From Bdellovibrionota bacterium (GTDB taxonomy: Bacteria > Bdellovibrionota > UBA1018 > CAIPTA01 > JAALKR01), in NCBI GenBank assembly GCA_965207455.1, contig CBDBMJ010000003.1, forward strand, positions 96,001-160,000: a stretch of 64,000 nt of DNA. Reading direction: 5' to 3'. Of this stretch, positions 49,406-58,733 are shown in pieces; position 1 is the stretch's first letter, and each line of letters opens with the position of its first letter. Below the pieces are notes generated by a model. That model had not been told where the DNA came from. It saw nothing but the letters and a program-made list of their open reading frames with translations, and did not search any database. Made by a program: the position numbers and the translations under genes.

Positions 49406-49406
49406 G

Positions 49407-49910
49407 CTATAAACGATAGCCCAGAGTTAGACCAAACCAAGCACCATTGGTTTGCCCCACAAAAATATACGGAGCCGCTCGAAATACAAAGTTGTTACGC
49501 TCGAACTCGTAGCCTATACCTGCGGACGCCGCCAAACCCGATCCCGTGACTAAGCCTGTACCCTGAGTATTGGAAGAACCAATGGATAGATTGGCCCCAG
49601 CACTAACAAAAAGGCGGCCTTTGCTAAAAGTGGAAAAATAGTAATTGGCGTAGAGAGGAAGGATGAGCAGCGCACCTTTGGTAGAACCCTGACCAACGGA
49701 GTAGGTGGAAAAACCAGCTCCTGCTTGCACATTGCTATTTACGGGCCAGTCGTAGTTTATACTATAGAGTCCACCCCGTCCCAGCATTTCAAAGGAAAGA
49801 ACGCCAGAGGAAGAGGAAGAGGAAGAGTCCCAAGAAGAGATGCCAGCCCCATGGGCGGGGGAAAAGGAGGTTGCGACGATAAACATACATACGAGTAATA
49901 TAGATTTCAT
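49407..49910 (-). CDS. Small outer-membrane beta-barrel protein
   Basis: Signal peptide, amphipathic strands, C-terminal GLTLGYRL. Confidence 0.75.
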   Translation of the reverse strand: MKSILLVCMFIVATSFSPAHGAGISSWDSSSSSSSGVLSFEMLGRGGLYSINYDWPVNSNVQAGAGFSTYSVGQGSTKGALLILPLYANYYFSTFSKGRLFVSAGANLSIGSSNTQGTGLVTGSGLAASAGIGYEFERNNFVFRAAPYIFVGQTNGAWFGLTLGYRL

Positions 49911-50137
49911 AACTTAGACTGTATGGGAGAGACGAGCTTTTGTCAAAATTTCACTCGATCCCTTCACTGGTCTCACAAACCAAATAACCGTGCCTTTCAG
50001 TCCATTAATGGCATATTTATGTTTTCCTTGAGATCGCACCCCGCATTAACCAAGCCATAACTCACTGTTCTCAAAGCCATTTTGGTGACGTTTTTTGTGA
50101 GTCAATTCGGCGCACAATAAAAAAATCGAAATAACTA

Positions 50138-50166
50138 TTGACATGATGCATAAATTAATGCATTAT
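50138..50166 (+). promoter_or_regulatory. Sigma-70 promoter with a palindrome in the spacer
   Basis: TTGACA-N17-CATTAT; spacer carries ATGCAT-N6-ATGCAT. Confidence 0.55.
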
Positions 50167-50230
50167 GCACTCACTGACTAGAGGCATGGTGCAGCTAGAC
50201 AGGAAAAACAATTAATGAAGGAGAAAACTT

Positions 50231-50530
50231 ATGAAAAACATACTAACAATCACAGCAATGGCACTTGCCATGGCATTACCGACCATAGGACATACTTATG
50301 GTGATGACGAATGGACAAATGAGAATCTGTTTTGGCGAGAAGTAGCAGACAGGGACACTGGTACGGAACCGTGCATTGACGAGCTCAATCGTCACTTGAT
50401 GGTTGGTTTTTCAGCTGGGTTAACAGGACCCTTAGGCTTTCTTGCCCAAGTCTCCGGATTGGAAGACACAGGTAGAGAATACAAAGAATGTAAGAGAAAA
50501 TACGCTAATTGGTATTACTATTCGAAATGA
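50231..50530 (+). CDS. Small secreted protein with two Cys and a Gly-rich hydrophobic segment
   Basis: RBS AAGGAG; signal peptide MKNILTITAMALAMALP. Confidence 0.75.
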   Translation: MKNILTITAMALAMALPTIGHTYGDDEWTNENLFWREVADRDTGTEPCIDELNRHLMVGFSAGLTGPLGFLAQVSGLEDTGREYKECKRKYANWYYYSK

Positions 50531-50607
50531 TAATCAAACTAAGCCGATAAACTGTAATTTACTATAAATTTGGAAGCCTTCTTTAGAAATAAGGAAGGAT
50601 CCAAAAA

Positions 50608-50877
50608 TCACTCGATTATTTCCAGTATTGTACGCCTTTTCAGCTTCGTAGAAGCCCCATTAAGGATGGTGCGAATAGCACGAGCCGTACGACCTTGCTT
50701 GCCAATCATCTTGCCTAGGTCATCTTTCGAAACACTCAGTTCAATGACTGTAGTTTGCTCCCCTCGAACTTGACGCACCTTCACGTCCCCTGGACTATCC
50801 ACCAATGCCTCCGCAATGTGAGAAATCAGCTTGCCCAGTTCATCTATTTCCTGACTTTTACTTTCTTCTTCTCCCAT
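50608..50877 (-). CDS. khpA: KH-domain RNA-binding protein
   Basis: ALVDSP...DLGKMIGKQGRTARAIRT; follows rpsP. Confidence 0.93.
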   Translation of the reverse strand: MGEEESKSQEIDELGKLISHIAEALVDSPGDVKVRQVRGEQTTVIELSVSKDDLGKMIGKQGRTARAIRTILNGASTKLKRRTILEIIE

Positions 50878-50957
50878 GAATAACCCCCAACAATAACAAT
50901 AAACACAAGCCTGAAAAATTTAAGGCCAAGGTTAATCTCAGCGTTTTAACTATACTA

Positions 50958-51200
50958 TTATTTTGAACCGAATTTTAGAATTTGTACAACAGTTTCCGAG
51001 GGTTGCGCCCCTTTTGTGAGCCAGGCTTGGTACTTTTCCTTGTCGATATAGGCCTTATCCTGGCTTTTTTCCTTATGCGGATCATAAAAACCTAATGTTT
51101 CTAGTACCTTACCCTGATTTCGCTTGCGAGAGTCCAAGGCCACAATGTGGTAGTAAGGTTGCCCTTTTCTACCTTTTAACGTTAAACGAACTTTTACCAT
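50958..51200 (-). CDS. rpsP: 30S ribosomal protein S16
   Basis: MVKVRL...PYYHIVALDSR...LGFYDP...GAQPSETV. Confidence 0.96.
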   Translation of the reverse strand: MVKVRLTLKGRKGQPYYHIVALDSRKRNQGKVLETLGFYDPHKEKSQDKAYIDKEKYQAWLTKGAQPSETVVQILKFGSK

Positions 51201-51309
51201 ATAGGTCTTGTTTAATACAAAAAGCACAGGTACGCAAGCTCCTTAATGCTTTTTCAGCCTGTATCTCGAATAAGCTCTCACAAAAGCCCAGTCACGAAAA
51301 GGATCTCCC

Positions 51310-52608
51310 CTATAGATTATCAACGGAGATAGGCGTTTTGCTACAAGAAGCATTTCTCCCACCAATCGAACATATATCCGTAGTTGTGGCACCCAGTTCC
51401 CCATAGGCGTTCCCTCCCCAGCATTTTGCAGTTCCACCACTAATAAGTGCGCAAATGTGATCATCTTCAGTTTTGATTTCACTGGCATCGCTTAAACCTG
51501 AAACCGTAACTGGTGTATCGCTATCTGTTGTACTATTATTGCCCAGTTCTCCCCACTCATTCCTTCCCCAGCACTTCACAGTACCCGCTTCATCTATTTC
51601 CGTGGTGGCTGTATCATCTTCTAAAACTGCACAACTAAATCGATCTCCTAAAGCAAGTTGACTTGCATTATTTAAACCAGAAACCGTAACTGGTGTTGGG
51701 CTATCTGTTGTACTATTATCACCGAGTTGCCCGTTATCATTCTTTCCCCAGCATTTTACTGTACTGCCACTAATAATTGCGCAAGTGTGATCTACTCCTA
51801 TGGAGACTTGGGTTGCATTGGATAAGCCAGTAACCGTAACTGGCGCTGGACTACAGGCCTCATCATTACATGTATCTGTAGTCGTGGCACCTAACTGTCC
51901 AGATTCATTATACCCCCAGCATTTTACCGTGGCACCACTAACAACTGCACAAGCGTGCAAAGGTCCTGCGGACATTTGAGTGATACCGCTTAAGCTAGAC
52001 ACTGCAACGGGTGTTAGACTATTGCTTGCGCTACCTCTACCCAATTGTCCAGTGCCATTACCCCCCCAGCATTTTGCAGTATTATCCTTTAAAAGAGCGC
52101 AACTGTGGAACTCTCCTGCAAAAACTTTCTTGGCATTACTTAGGCCAGAAACCACAACTGGTGTTGTGCTTTTATCTCCCTCACTACCGCCACTGTTATT
52201 ACCCAGTTGACCATCCCTATTATTTCCCCAACACTTTACAGTACCGCCAATGATAAGTGCACAAGCGTGACCGTGTCCCAAAGAAATTTGACTTACACTG
52301 CTTACGCCGGAAACTGTAACCGCTGCTATGCTATCGGTTGTGCTGTCATTGCCCAGCTGACCAAACTCATTCTTTCCCCAGCATTTTACCGTGCCACCGC
52401 TAATAATTGAGCAGCTGTATTGAGTTCCTGTGGCAATTTGTGTGACAACAGTGCTTGGGTTTGGGTTTGGGTTTGGGTCTGGGTCTGGGCCTGGACTCGG
52501 GATCGGATCCGGTTCATCTGCTAGGTCCGTTATAGTTACTAACGGATCAGCACATGCACTCAACAAAAGAAAAAGAATTGCTGGTAAGATAAAAAGTTTT
52601 TTAAACAT
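51310..52608 (-). CDS. RCC1-repeat beta-propeller lipoprotein
   Basis: Lipobox LSAC, PD/PN linker, seven HxCA...VKCWGxNxxGQLG-type repeats; RBS AGGAGG, ATG 52608. Confidence 0.92.
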   Translation of the reverse strand: MFKKLFILPAILFLLLSACADPLVTITDLADEPDPIPSPGPDPDPNPNPNPSTVVTQIATGTQYSCSIISGGTVKCWGKNEFGQLGNDSTTDSIAAVTVSGVSSVSQISLGHGHACALIIGGTVKCWGNNRDGQLGNNSGGSEGDKSTTPVVVSGLSNAKKVFAGEFHSCALLKDNTAKCWGGNGTGQLGRGSASNSLTPVAVSSLSGITQMSAGPLHACAVVSGATVKCWGYNESGQLGATTTDTCNDEACSPAPVTVTGLSNATQVSIGVDHTCAIISGSTVKCWGKNDNGQLGDNSTTDSPTPVTVSGLNNASQLALGDRFSCAVLEDDTATTEIDEAGTVKCWGRNEWGELGNNSTTDSDTPVTVSGLSDASEIKTEDDHICALISGGTAKCWGGNAYGELGATTTDICSIGGRNASCSKTPISVDNL

Positions 52609-52641
52609 CGTCCTCCTATTACATACTATCAATTACTATGA

Positions 52642-52668
52642 GTATCGGTGAGCCAAAAGAAAACTTTA
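52642..52668 (-). promoter_or_regulatory. Sigma-28 (FliA) promoter of the RCC1 lipoprotein
   Basis: Minus strand TAAA-N15-ACCGATAC, about 33 nt before the ATG. Confidence 0.7.
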
Positions 52669-52946
52669 ATTTCCGTTACAATATTTCATGAATTTAGAAG
52701 AGCGTGTACAAGAAACCGGCTAAATCCCATCATTTGTTTTCCTCTCCGATTGATTAAAAAATCAATGCCCCATAAAAAGTAACAGCACTTTAAAAAGATA
52801 TTGTAGTTTTTTTATAAAATAAAAATTATTTATATCGACAAAATAAAACATTTTATAATTTAATCTTACCGACAGTCAACACTCATTTGTGGTCAAAAAA
52901 ATAATTGCAAGCGGTACGCACACTTTTAAAGTAAAAAATATTTATC

Positions 52947-54719
52947 TGTGAAACGGAAATAAGTGCATCATCCTTGCTCAAACTCCATTTTTATGGGTAT
53001 AGGAATCAAGCTACATCCATATTTATCTCTAAGTTACCCGTTCAGGCTACTTTAGCCTATGAATTTCACTGCTGTTTACTAAATTGAATAATAGAATCCA
53101 GAGAAAAAGGATTTTTCTAAAATTAATTCTGGGAATAGCTTAAAAATGATCTAACCGTACGCGGTGGAATGTATCTCTGTTGATAGGTCATCGAAAATCT
53201 TTATTAACTTTTTCTGAATCTCCTTTTTGAATGAGAGGATCAATCGCATAAAGTCAAAAGTTTTCATGATAGCAAAGGTTGTTTCTGTATACACGATAAT
53301 ATCAGGGTTTTTCTCCTCTGGTCGCTTTTGCCTGTATGTTTTTAATGTGAAATCATCAAGTGATTCACACTCTTCCGAGTTAAGAAAGAGATTGAAAAGG
53401 TTGTAAGCAATCGTTCCCATTACAACCCTAAAGACAACCTGGGTGTATTTTTTGGAAGGTAGTTTCTCTAGTCCCTGAAAGCACTTCATTTGGCGGTGAG
53501 ATTCTTCAATTTCTGTGCGCAAGTCATACGTGCTTAAAACTGCCTTTGCTGATTTATTTTTCCTAGTATCTGCAAAAATAATGTTTTCTTCCTCACCGTT
53601 TCTCTTTGTAAAATTAACTAATACACCACTTTTAAATACAGAAAACGATTTCCAGTCCAAATCGTCCTCCTTAAGTTCCTTTATTCTTTGTTTGTGTCTT
53701 GTGGGGTGAGGTGCCCATTTATTTTCTGCCAAAGCTTCAGCAACTGCGTATTTACTTACCTCTAAACTCTTTTTTAAGGGAATGCAGACATCAATTCCAC
53801 GATCCTGCTTTAAAGAGGTTATCCATTTGCTATCTAAAAAACCTCTATCCATGATTAAAACGGAATCTCTTTCAAAATTAAAGTTCTTTACCAGTTCTCT
53901 TCCAAGGGGAAGGTCATGCTCATTGATAGGGGAAAATTTCATTGCACGAATAATTCCCTTTCGGTCGATGATTTCTTGAATCCAGACAACCTTATATCCA
54001 TACTCAGAATTATTCTCCGCATTTTTTAAAACTCCAGCACCTTGAAAACTTTCGAAAAGATGTTTTGGAATATGTAACTTAGTTCCATCAATAATATAGT
54101 GATGAGTTCTTCCAACCGACTGCTCTTTGAATATATTATTTAGGATACCATTAAACCAATCTACTATATCCCCTGCCTTAGTTGATAGTAAGACGTGTTT
54201 TAGAGTCTCTCCATGAAATGCAACCTCTCTAGGGTACTTATTTTTTCTATTAAACCCATCTTCCAGCACTTTAGCTGAGTATCCTAATTTAGCTATTAGC
54301 TCTGCTGAATTTAACATATAAGGTGCTGAAACTAACGAGTGTTCATCATTTAGCCGTTGAATAATCTGCGCTAATAAAAGAAACTCAATAGGAACTTCAT
54401 ATCTTTTTCTTGGATCAGGAAAGGACTTTAATACATCCTGCAAGAACCCTTCATCGAGAGCATATTTGGCAATGGAATCGACCGGCATTTTTTGACTTAT
54501 TCTAACAGACTCTATAATGCCTTTCTTCAGTGATTCAATCGTCTTTTTCTTATCATTTTTTATTATTGGTAGATCAGGAAACATTCTAAAAGGTTAAATT
54601 ATTTTTGATCAAAACGCATGATTATTTTTCATACACGGTATTGGGGTTCAAATGAAGAATTTTTCAACACCGTTTCTTGTATTTATTTTTTCTTTGACAC
54701 GAATTCTCTCCGTTTCACA
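52947..54719 (-). mobile_element. Insertion sequence, IS4-like DDE superfamily; ends approximate
   Basis: 11-bp inverted repeat TGTGAAACGGA (52947) / TCCGTTTCACA (54709) flanking the transposase. Confidence 0.6.
53151..54584 (-). CDS. DDE transposase
   Basis: IIDGT, GYK, MDRGF, YDLRTEIEESHRQMK (YREK-type motif). Confidence 0.9.
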   Translation of the reverse strand: MFPDLPIIKNDKKKTIESLKKGIIESVRISQKMPVDSIAKYALDEGFLQDVLKSFPDPRKRYEVPIEFLLLAQIIQRLNDEHSLVSAPYMLNSAELIAKLGYSAKVLEDGFNRKNKYPREVAFHGETLKHVLLSTKAGDIVDWFNGILNNIFKEQSVGRTHHYIIDGTKLHIPKHLFESFQGAGVLKNAENNSEYGYKVVWIQEIIDRKGIIRAMKFSPINEHDLPLGRELVKNFNFERDSVLIMDRGFLDSKWITSLKQDRGIDVCIPLKKSLEVSKYAVAEALAENKWAPHPTRHKQRIKELKEDDLDWKSFSVFKSGVLVNFTKRNGEEENIIFADTRKNKSAKAVLSTYDLRTEIEESHRQMKCFQGLEKLPSKKYTQVVFRVVMGTIAYNLFNLFLNSEECESLDDFTLKTYRQKRPEEKNPDIIVYTETTFAIMKTFDFMRLILSFKKEIQKKLIKIFDDLSTEIHSTAYG

Positions 54720-54801
54720 ACTTTCTAGTTGTGTGTCAAAAAAAATAATATTAATATATTTATTGGACCATATAAAAAGAATATAAGAAGAGATCTAAAC
54801 C

Positions 54802-55689
54802 ATGCGCTTACTATACATATTTTTTATTCTATCTGTTACCGGTTGTGCGGATTACAGAAAACTAAACGGGTGTCCTGAAAACTTTGTTGCTGTACCTGGC
54901 TTAGCTGGATATTCAGCGGGCTTTTGTGTTTCCAAATATGAAATGAAACAGGTAGATGGAACTGGTCAAGCCATATCACAACCTAAAACAGCACCGTGGA
55001 ACAATCTAACCCATGCTACTGCCCTCGCTGCTTGTAGAGCTATGGGAGAAGGCTATGATTTAATCACAAACGACGAGTGGCAAGTGCTGGCTAGAAACAT
55101 TGAGTTTGTACGATGGAATTGGTCTGGAAGAACTATTGGATCTGCCGGTGGTATTAACCGGGGAATATTTAGTTTCAATAGCCAGCCTCTTGAGGCCTCT
55201 GATGATGATAATGAGGCTTGTTTTAAGGTTCCAAACCTCACAGGTTCCTGCGATGCGAACACTTGGCACCCTAATCGACGAACACATATCCTTCCTAATG
55301 CTCAGATTATTTGGGATGTGGCAGGAAATAGTGCCTCTTTTGTACGCGGTGCTGTTAAAAAAAATCTTGATTATGATGAGGATAGCACTGATTATGTATC
55401 GCAAATAACAGACGCAAGCTACAGCCAGACGGCTGGTCTAATAATAGGAGAAATAACAGGTGTGGAAAGAACGGCCAAAGGGCATTTTGGTTCTGCAGGA
55501 GATTATAGTGAATTAGATACAGATCCTTTTGGAGGATTGGGTCTAGCATCGAAACTGAATCGTGATAACTATGACTTTATGACCCGAGGTGGTCTTCCAA
55601 GATATCGTGTCGGTGCTATTTTTAGTATGGACAAGGTTGATGGAAGCATTCATCATCAAACTGGTTTTCGGTGTGTGTATCATCGATAA
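54802..55689 (+). CDS. FGE-sulfatase/C-type-lectin-fold lipoprotein, paralog of 37444..38370
   Basis: Lipobox VTGC; CPENF, FCVSKYEMK, GEGYDLITND, RTHIL, DVAGN, RGG, GFRC. Confidence 0.85.
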   Translation: MRLLYIFFILSVTGCADYRKLNGCPENFVAVPGLAGYSAGFCVSKYEMKQVDGTGQAISQPKTAPWNNLTHATALAACRAMGEGYDLITNDEWQVLARNIEFVRWNWSGRTIGSAGGINRGIFSFNSQPLEASDDDNEACFKVPNLTGSCDANTWHPNRRTHILPNAQIIWDVAGNSASFVRGAVKKNLDYDEDSTDYVSQITDASYSQTAGLIIGEITGVERTAKGHFGSAGDYSELDTDPFGGLGLASKLNRDNYDFMTRGGLPRYRVGAIFSMDKVDGSIHHQTGFRCVYHR

Positions 55690-55717
55690 TTAGGGATCTT
55701 CGTGAGTATGGCTTTTT

Positions 55718-57046
55718 TCATCTGCCTAGAAATTTCTTGAGTAAACCCGATTTTGTCATTTGTTTTAACATCCGGTTGGTATCCGTATATTTTTTCACCA
55801 TACGATTGACATCACTCACATGAGTGCCACTCCCTAAAGCAATCCGTACTCGACGGGAACCATTGAGAATCTTGTGGTTACGTCGCTCCCGTTTCGTCAT
55901 GGATAAAATAATGGCTTCCATTTGTTTAAGTTCTTGTTCTGGGTTTGCATCTTTGAGTCGAGAGGATAGTTGCTGACCGCCTGGGAGCATTTTCAGCATA
56001 CCGCTCACGGAACCTAACTTTTTCATCATTTTCATTTGTTGCAAAAAATCTTCTAGTGTAAAGGCGCCACTAGTAGCCTTTTCAAAACTTGCCTGTGCGT
56101 CCTCTTCGCTCACCACCTCTTGGACTTTTTCCACGAGACTTACCACATCGCCCATATCGAGAATACGGTCGGCTAGTCGCTTGGGTGAGAACAGTTCCAA
56201 GGCATCCACGCTTTCTCCCATTCCCACAAACTGTATGGGAACGCCGGTGAGGTATTTAATAGAAAGAGCAGCTCCTCCTCGAGCATCGCCATCTAATTTA
56301 GTAAGAATCACACCCGTTAGTGGAATATGTTCTTGGAAAGTTTGCACCACATTCACTGCATCTTGACCCATCATGGAGTCGGCAACAAAAAGGCTAGCAT
56401 GGGGCTGTACAACTTTTTTTATGGCCGACACTTCATCCATGAGTTCCGTATCGATAGCCAATCGTCCGGCGGTATCAAAAATCACCACATCCACCACTTG
56501 TTTTTTCGCTTCTTTAATGGCAGCTTTAGAAATTTTTGCTGGGCTTTTGCTAAGATCGCTGTCGAAACAAGGAACTCCCACCTTGCTTGCCATCTGTTGG
56601 AGTTGTTCTTTAGCAGCAGGACGACGATTATCCAACGGTACTAAAAGCACGGACTTCTTTTGTTTTTTCAAGTGACCGGCTAACTTCGCTGCCGACGTTG
56701 TCTTTCCCGATCCCTGCAAACCCACCAACAATACGGAAACGGGGGGCACGGCCTTGAGGTCGAAAGAAATTTCCTCGTCACTGCCTCCCAAGAAGCGAAC
56801 AAGAGAGTCATGAACAATCTTTATCAACTGCTGACCTGGGCTTATATTTTTTAATAGGTCTTGGCTTAAAGCCTCCTGTTCCACCCCATGGAGAAACTCT
56901 TTGACAACTTTAAAGTGTACGTCTGCCTCTAGGAGCGCTAGGCGAATACCTCTTAGGGTATCCTTGAGATCCTTTTCCGTAATTTTTCCCGTGCGACCAA
57001 AGGTGCGGATGGGCTTTAAAAGCTTTTCGGTCAAGGCATCAAACAC
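55718..57046 (-). CDS. ffh: Signal recognition particle protein
   Basis: ALLEADV, GLQGSGKTT, DTAGR, TKLDGDARGG, M domain; likely GTG start 57046 (FDALTEKL). Confidence 0.97.
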   Translation of the reverse strand: MFDALTEKLLKPIRTFGRTGKITEKDLKDTLRGIRLALLEADVHFKVVKEFLHGVEQEALSQDLLKNISPGQQLIKIVHDSLVRFLGGSDEEISFDLKAVPPVSVLLVGLQGSGKTTSAAKLAGHLKKQKKSVLLVPLDNRRPAAKEQLQQMASKVGVPCFDSDLSKSPAKISKAAIKEAKKQVVDVVIFDTAGRLAIDTELMDEVSAIKKVVQPHASLFVADSMMGQDAVNVVQTFQEHIPLTGVILTKLDGDARGGAALSIKYLTGVPIQFVGMGESVDALELFSPKRLADRILDMGDVVSLVEKVQEVVSEEDAQASFEKATSGAFTLEDFLQQMKMMKKLGSVSGMLKMLPGGQQLSSRLKDANPEQELKQMEAIILSMTKRERRNHKILNGSRRVRIALGSGTHVSDVNRMVKKYTDTNRMLKQMTKSGLLKKFLGR

Positions 57047-57288
57047 GTTTTTTTTCCCGTATATTTTATGGAGTTGCCATAGTCTACAATGCCACCATGG
57101 GCTTGTCCATATTCTATACATCTTTCCAGTAGCAATAAATTAGACAGCTCAACGCTGTTTATCCTGTTTGAACTCCCTGATTTCCAAGGGTTTTCCCTGT
57201 GTCAAATACCTCTTGACTATACGCCAAATACTGTATTAAAATAGTAGTATATAGGTTTCTCAACCATAACCTTGCGGGGGGTTTATTT

Positions 57289-58733
57289 ATGAAAATTAGA
57301 AAAAAACACTCTTTTATACCCTTATTTTACTGGCGACAAGTACTAGGCACTGCCCTAGTCTTTACCCTCGCACTAACAATGTTGCCAAGTGTAGCTAGTG
57401 GCACTTGCGGTACTCAAGGCACACCTGCTTGTCCAAGCCTCAAAAACCCAGCTAGCCCAGCAAGTGGAACAGATTCAATCGGTGTAGCAGATGAAACAAA
57501 TTCAGTAGCAGCAAAAGCAAAAGCATTACAAAAAAGACAGCAAGAAGTAGCAGCAGAATTAGAACTTTGTCCGGAAACAGCACCTGCTGGTTTTGGTGCT
57601 TTCATTGATTTTATTTGGCCAGACCATTGTAATGTGTTTCATAGAGCAGCAGAAGCAGTAAATGCTCAGCTAACACCCGCATGTGCGGGTCCAACATGTA
57701 AAGCAAGTGCTGTTGAAGCAACTGAGGGGCTAAGAACTTCTGCAGAAATCTATAAATGGTCACAACGCTCTGGAATCATAGCAGCAGGAGCAGTGATAGC
57801 TTCAGACGGTTTTCAAGGAGTGGCAATGACAAGGATTCTTTAGAGTCATCTGCTAAGATGCATAAAATAGCTGGCAGTGCTTCTATTGCAGCAGGAGCAG
57901 TGGATGCTGCCTTATCTCTAAAAGCATGGAATTCCGAACGGCAAAAAGTGAATAGCATTAACTGTATATCTCCCACCACAGGTCTGCCAGTACCATCTTG
58001 TACGGCTGGAAAGGCCGCAGCGATCGAAAAAATCAACGAAGCAATTAGCGAGGCTGCTTTCATGAGTACAGCCAAAATAACTGCTGGGTCGATTGCTATA
58101 AAAATAGGAAGCGATTCTGCTAAGAGTGCTAATGACCTAGGTGATATTCCCGAACCCAAATCCGAACCTGGTGGACCCGGAATTATACCTAAACCCGAAC
58201 CTAGACCCGACAATAATGCCAAGTATGACGAAGCTTCATCAGGAAGCGCTTCTGCAATGAAAAAGGAGGATTTTCCCGAGAATGCTAGTGGTTCTTCCCG
58301 GGCAGCAATTGGACAGTCAACAAGTCAACTGGCAGCAAGTGAGAGGACAGTGGGTGAAGAAGATATTTCAATTTCTACTGTTGCTGCCGATTCCAACAAC
58401 TCAGGCTCTCCGGGTTATGGACAAGCATCCATAGGTTCTGGCGGCTTTACCAGTGGCGTGGATGGTGGCTCACAAGGAAACACTTCAGTGGGTTCTGCCA
58501 ATGGTGTAATGGATATAGGTAGTTCCGATGGTGGTTTTGGAAAAATTATAAATTCTCTTGCCGGCGATAATGGAGAATCAGGCAAAAAAAATCATATTTC
58601 TATCGCTCAATCAAGAGCTGCCTATGGGCAATCTCTAAAGTTAGGATCAGGAAGAAACTCTTCCTCTATTTTTGAACGTGTCCACAGCGCTATTAAAAGA
58701 AATATGAAGGAAGGATCTGTTTATGGAGATTAG
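57289..58733 (+). pseudogene. Exported Gly/Ser-rich family member 1, frameshifted near 57806-57818 (track ORFs 57289..57843 and 57756..58733)
   Basis: Colinear paralog of 58723..60330; 12 versus 10 nt between TCAGA and AGTGGC gives a +2 shift. Confidence 0.8.
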
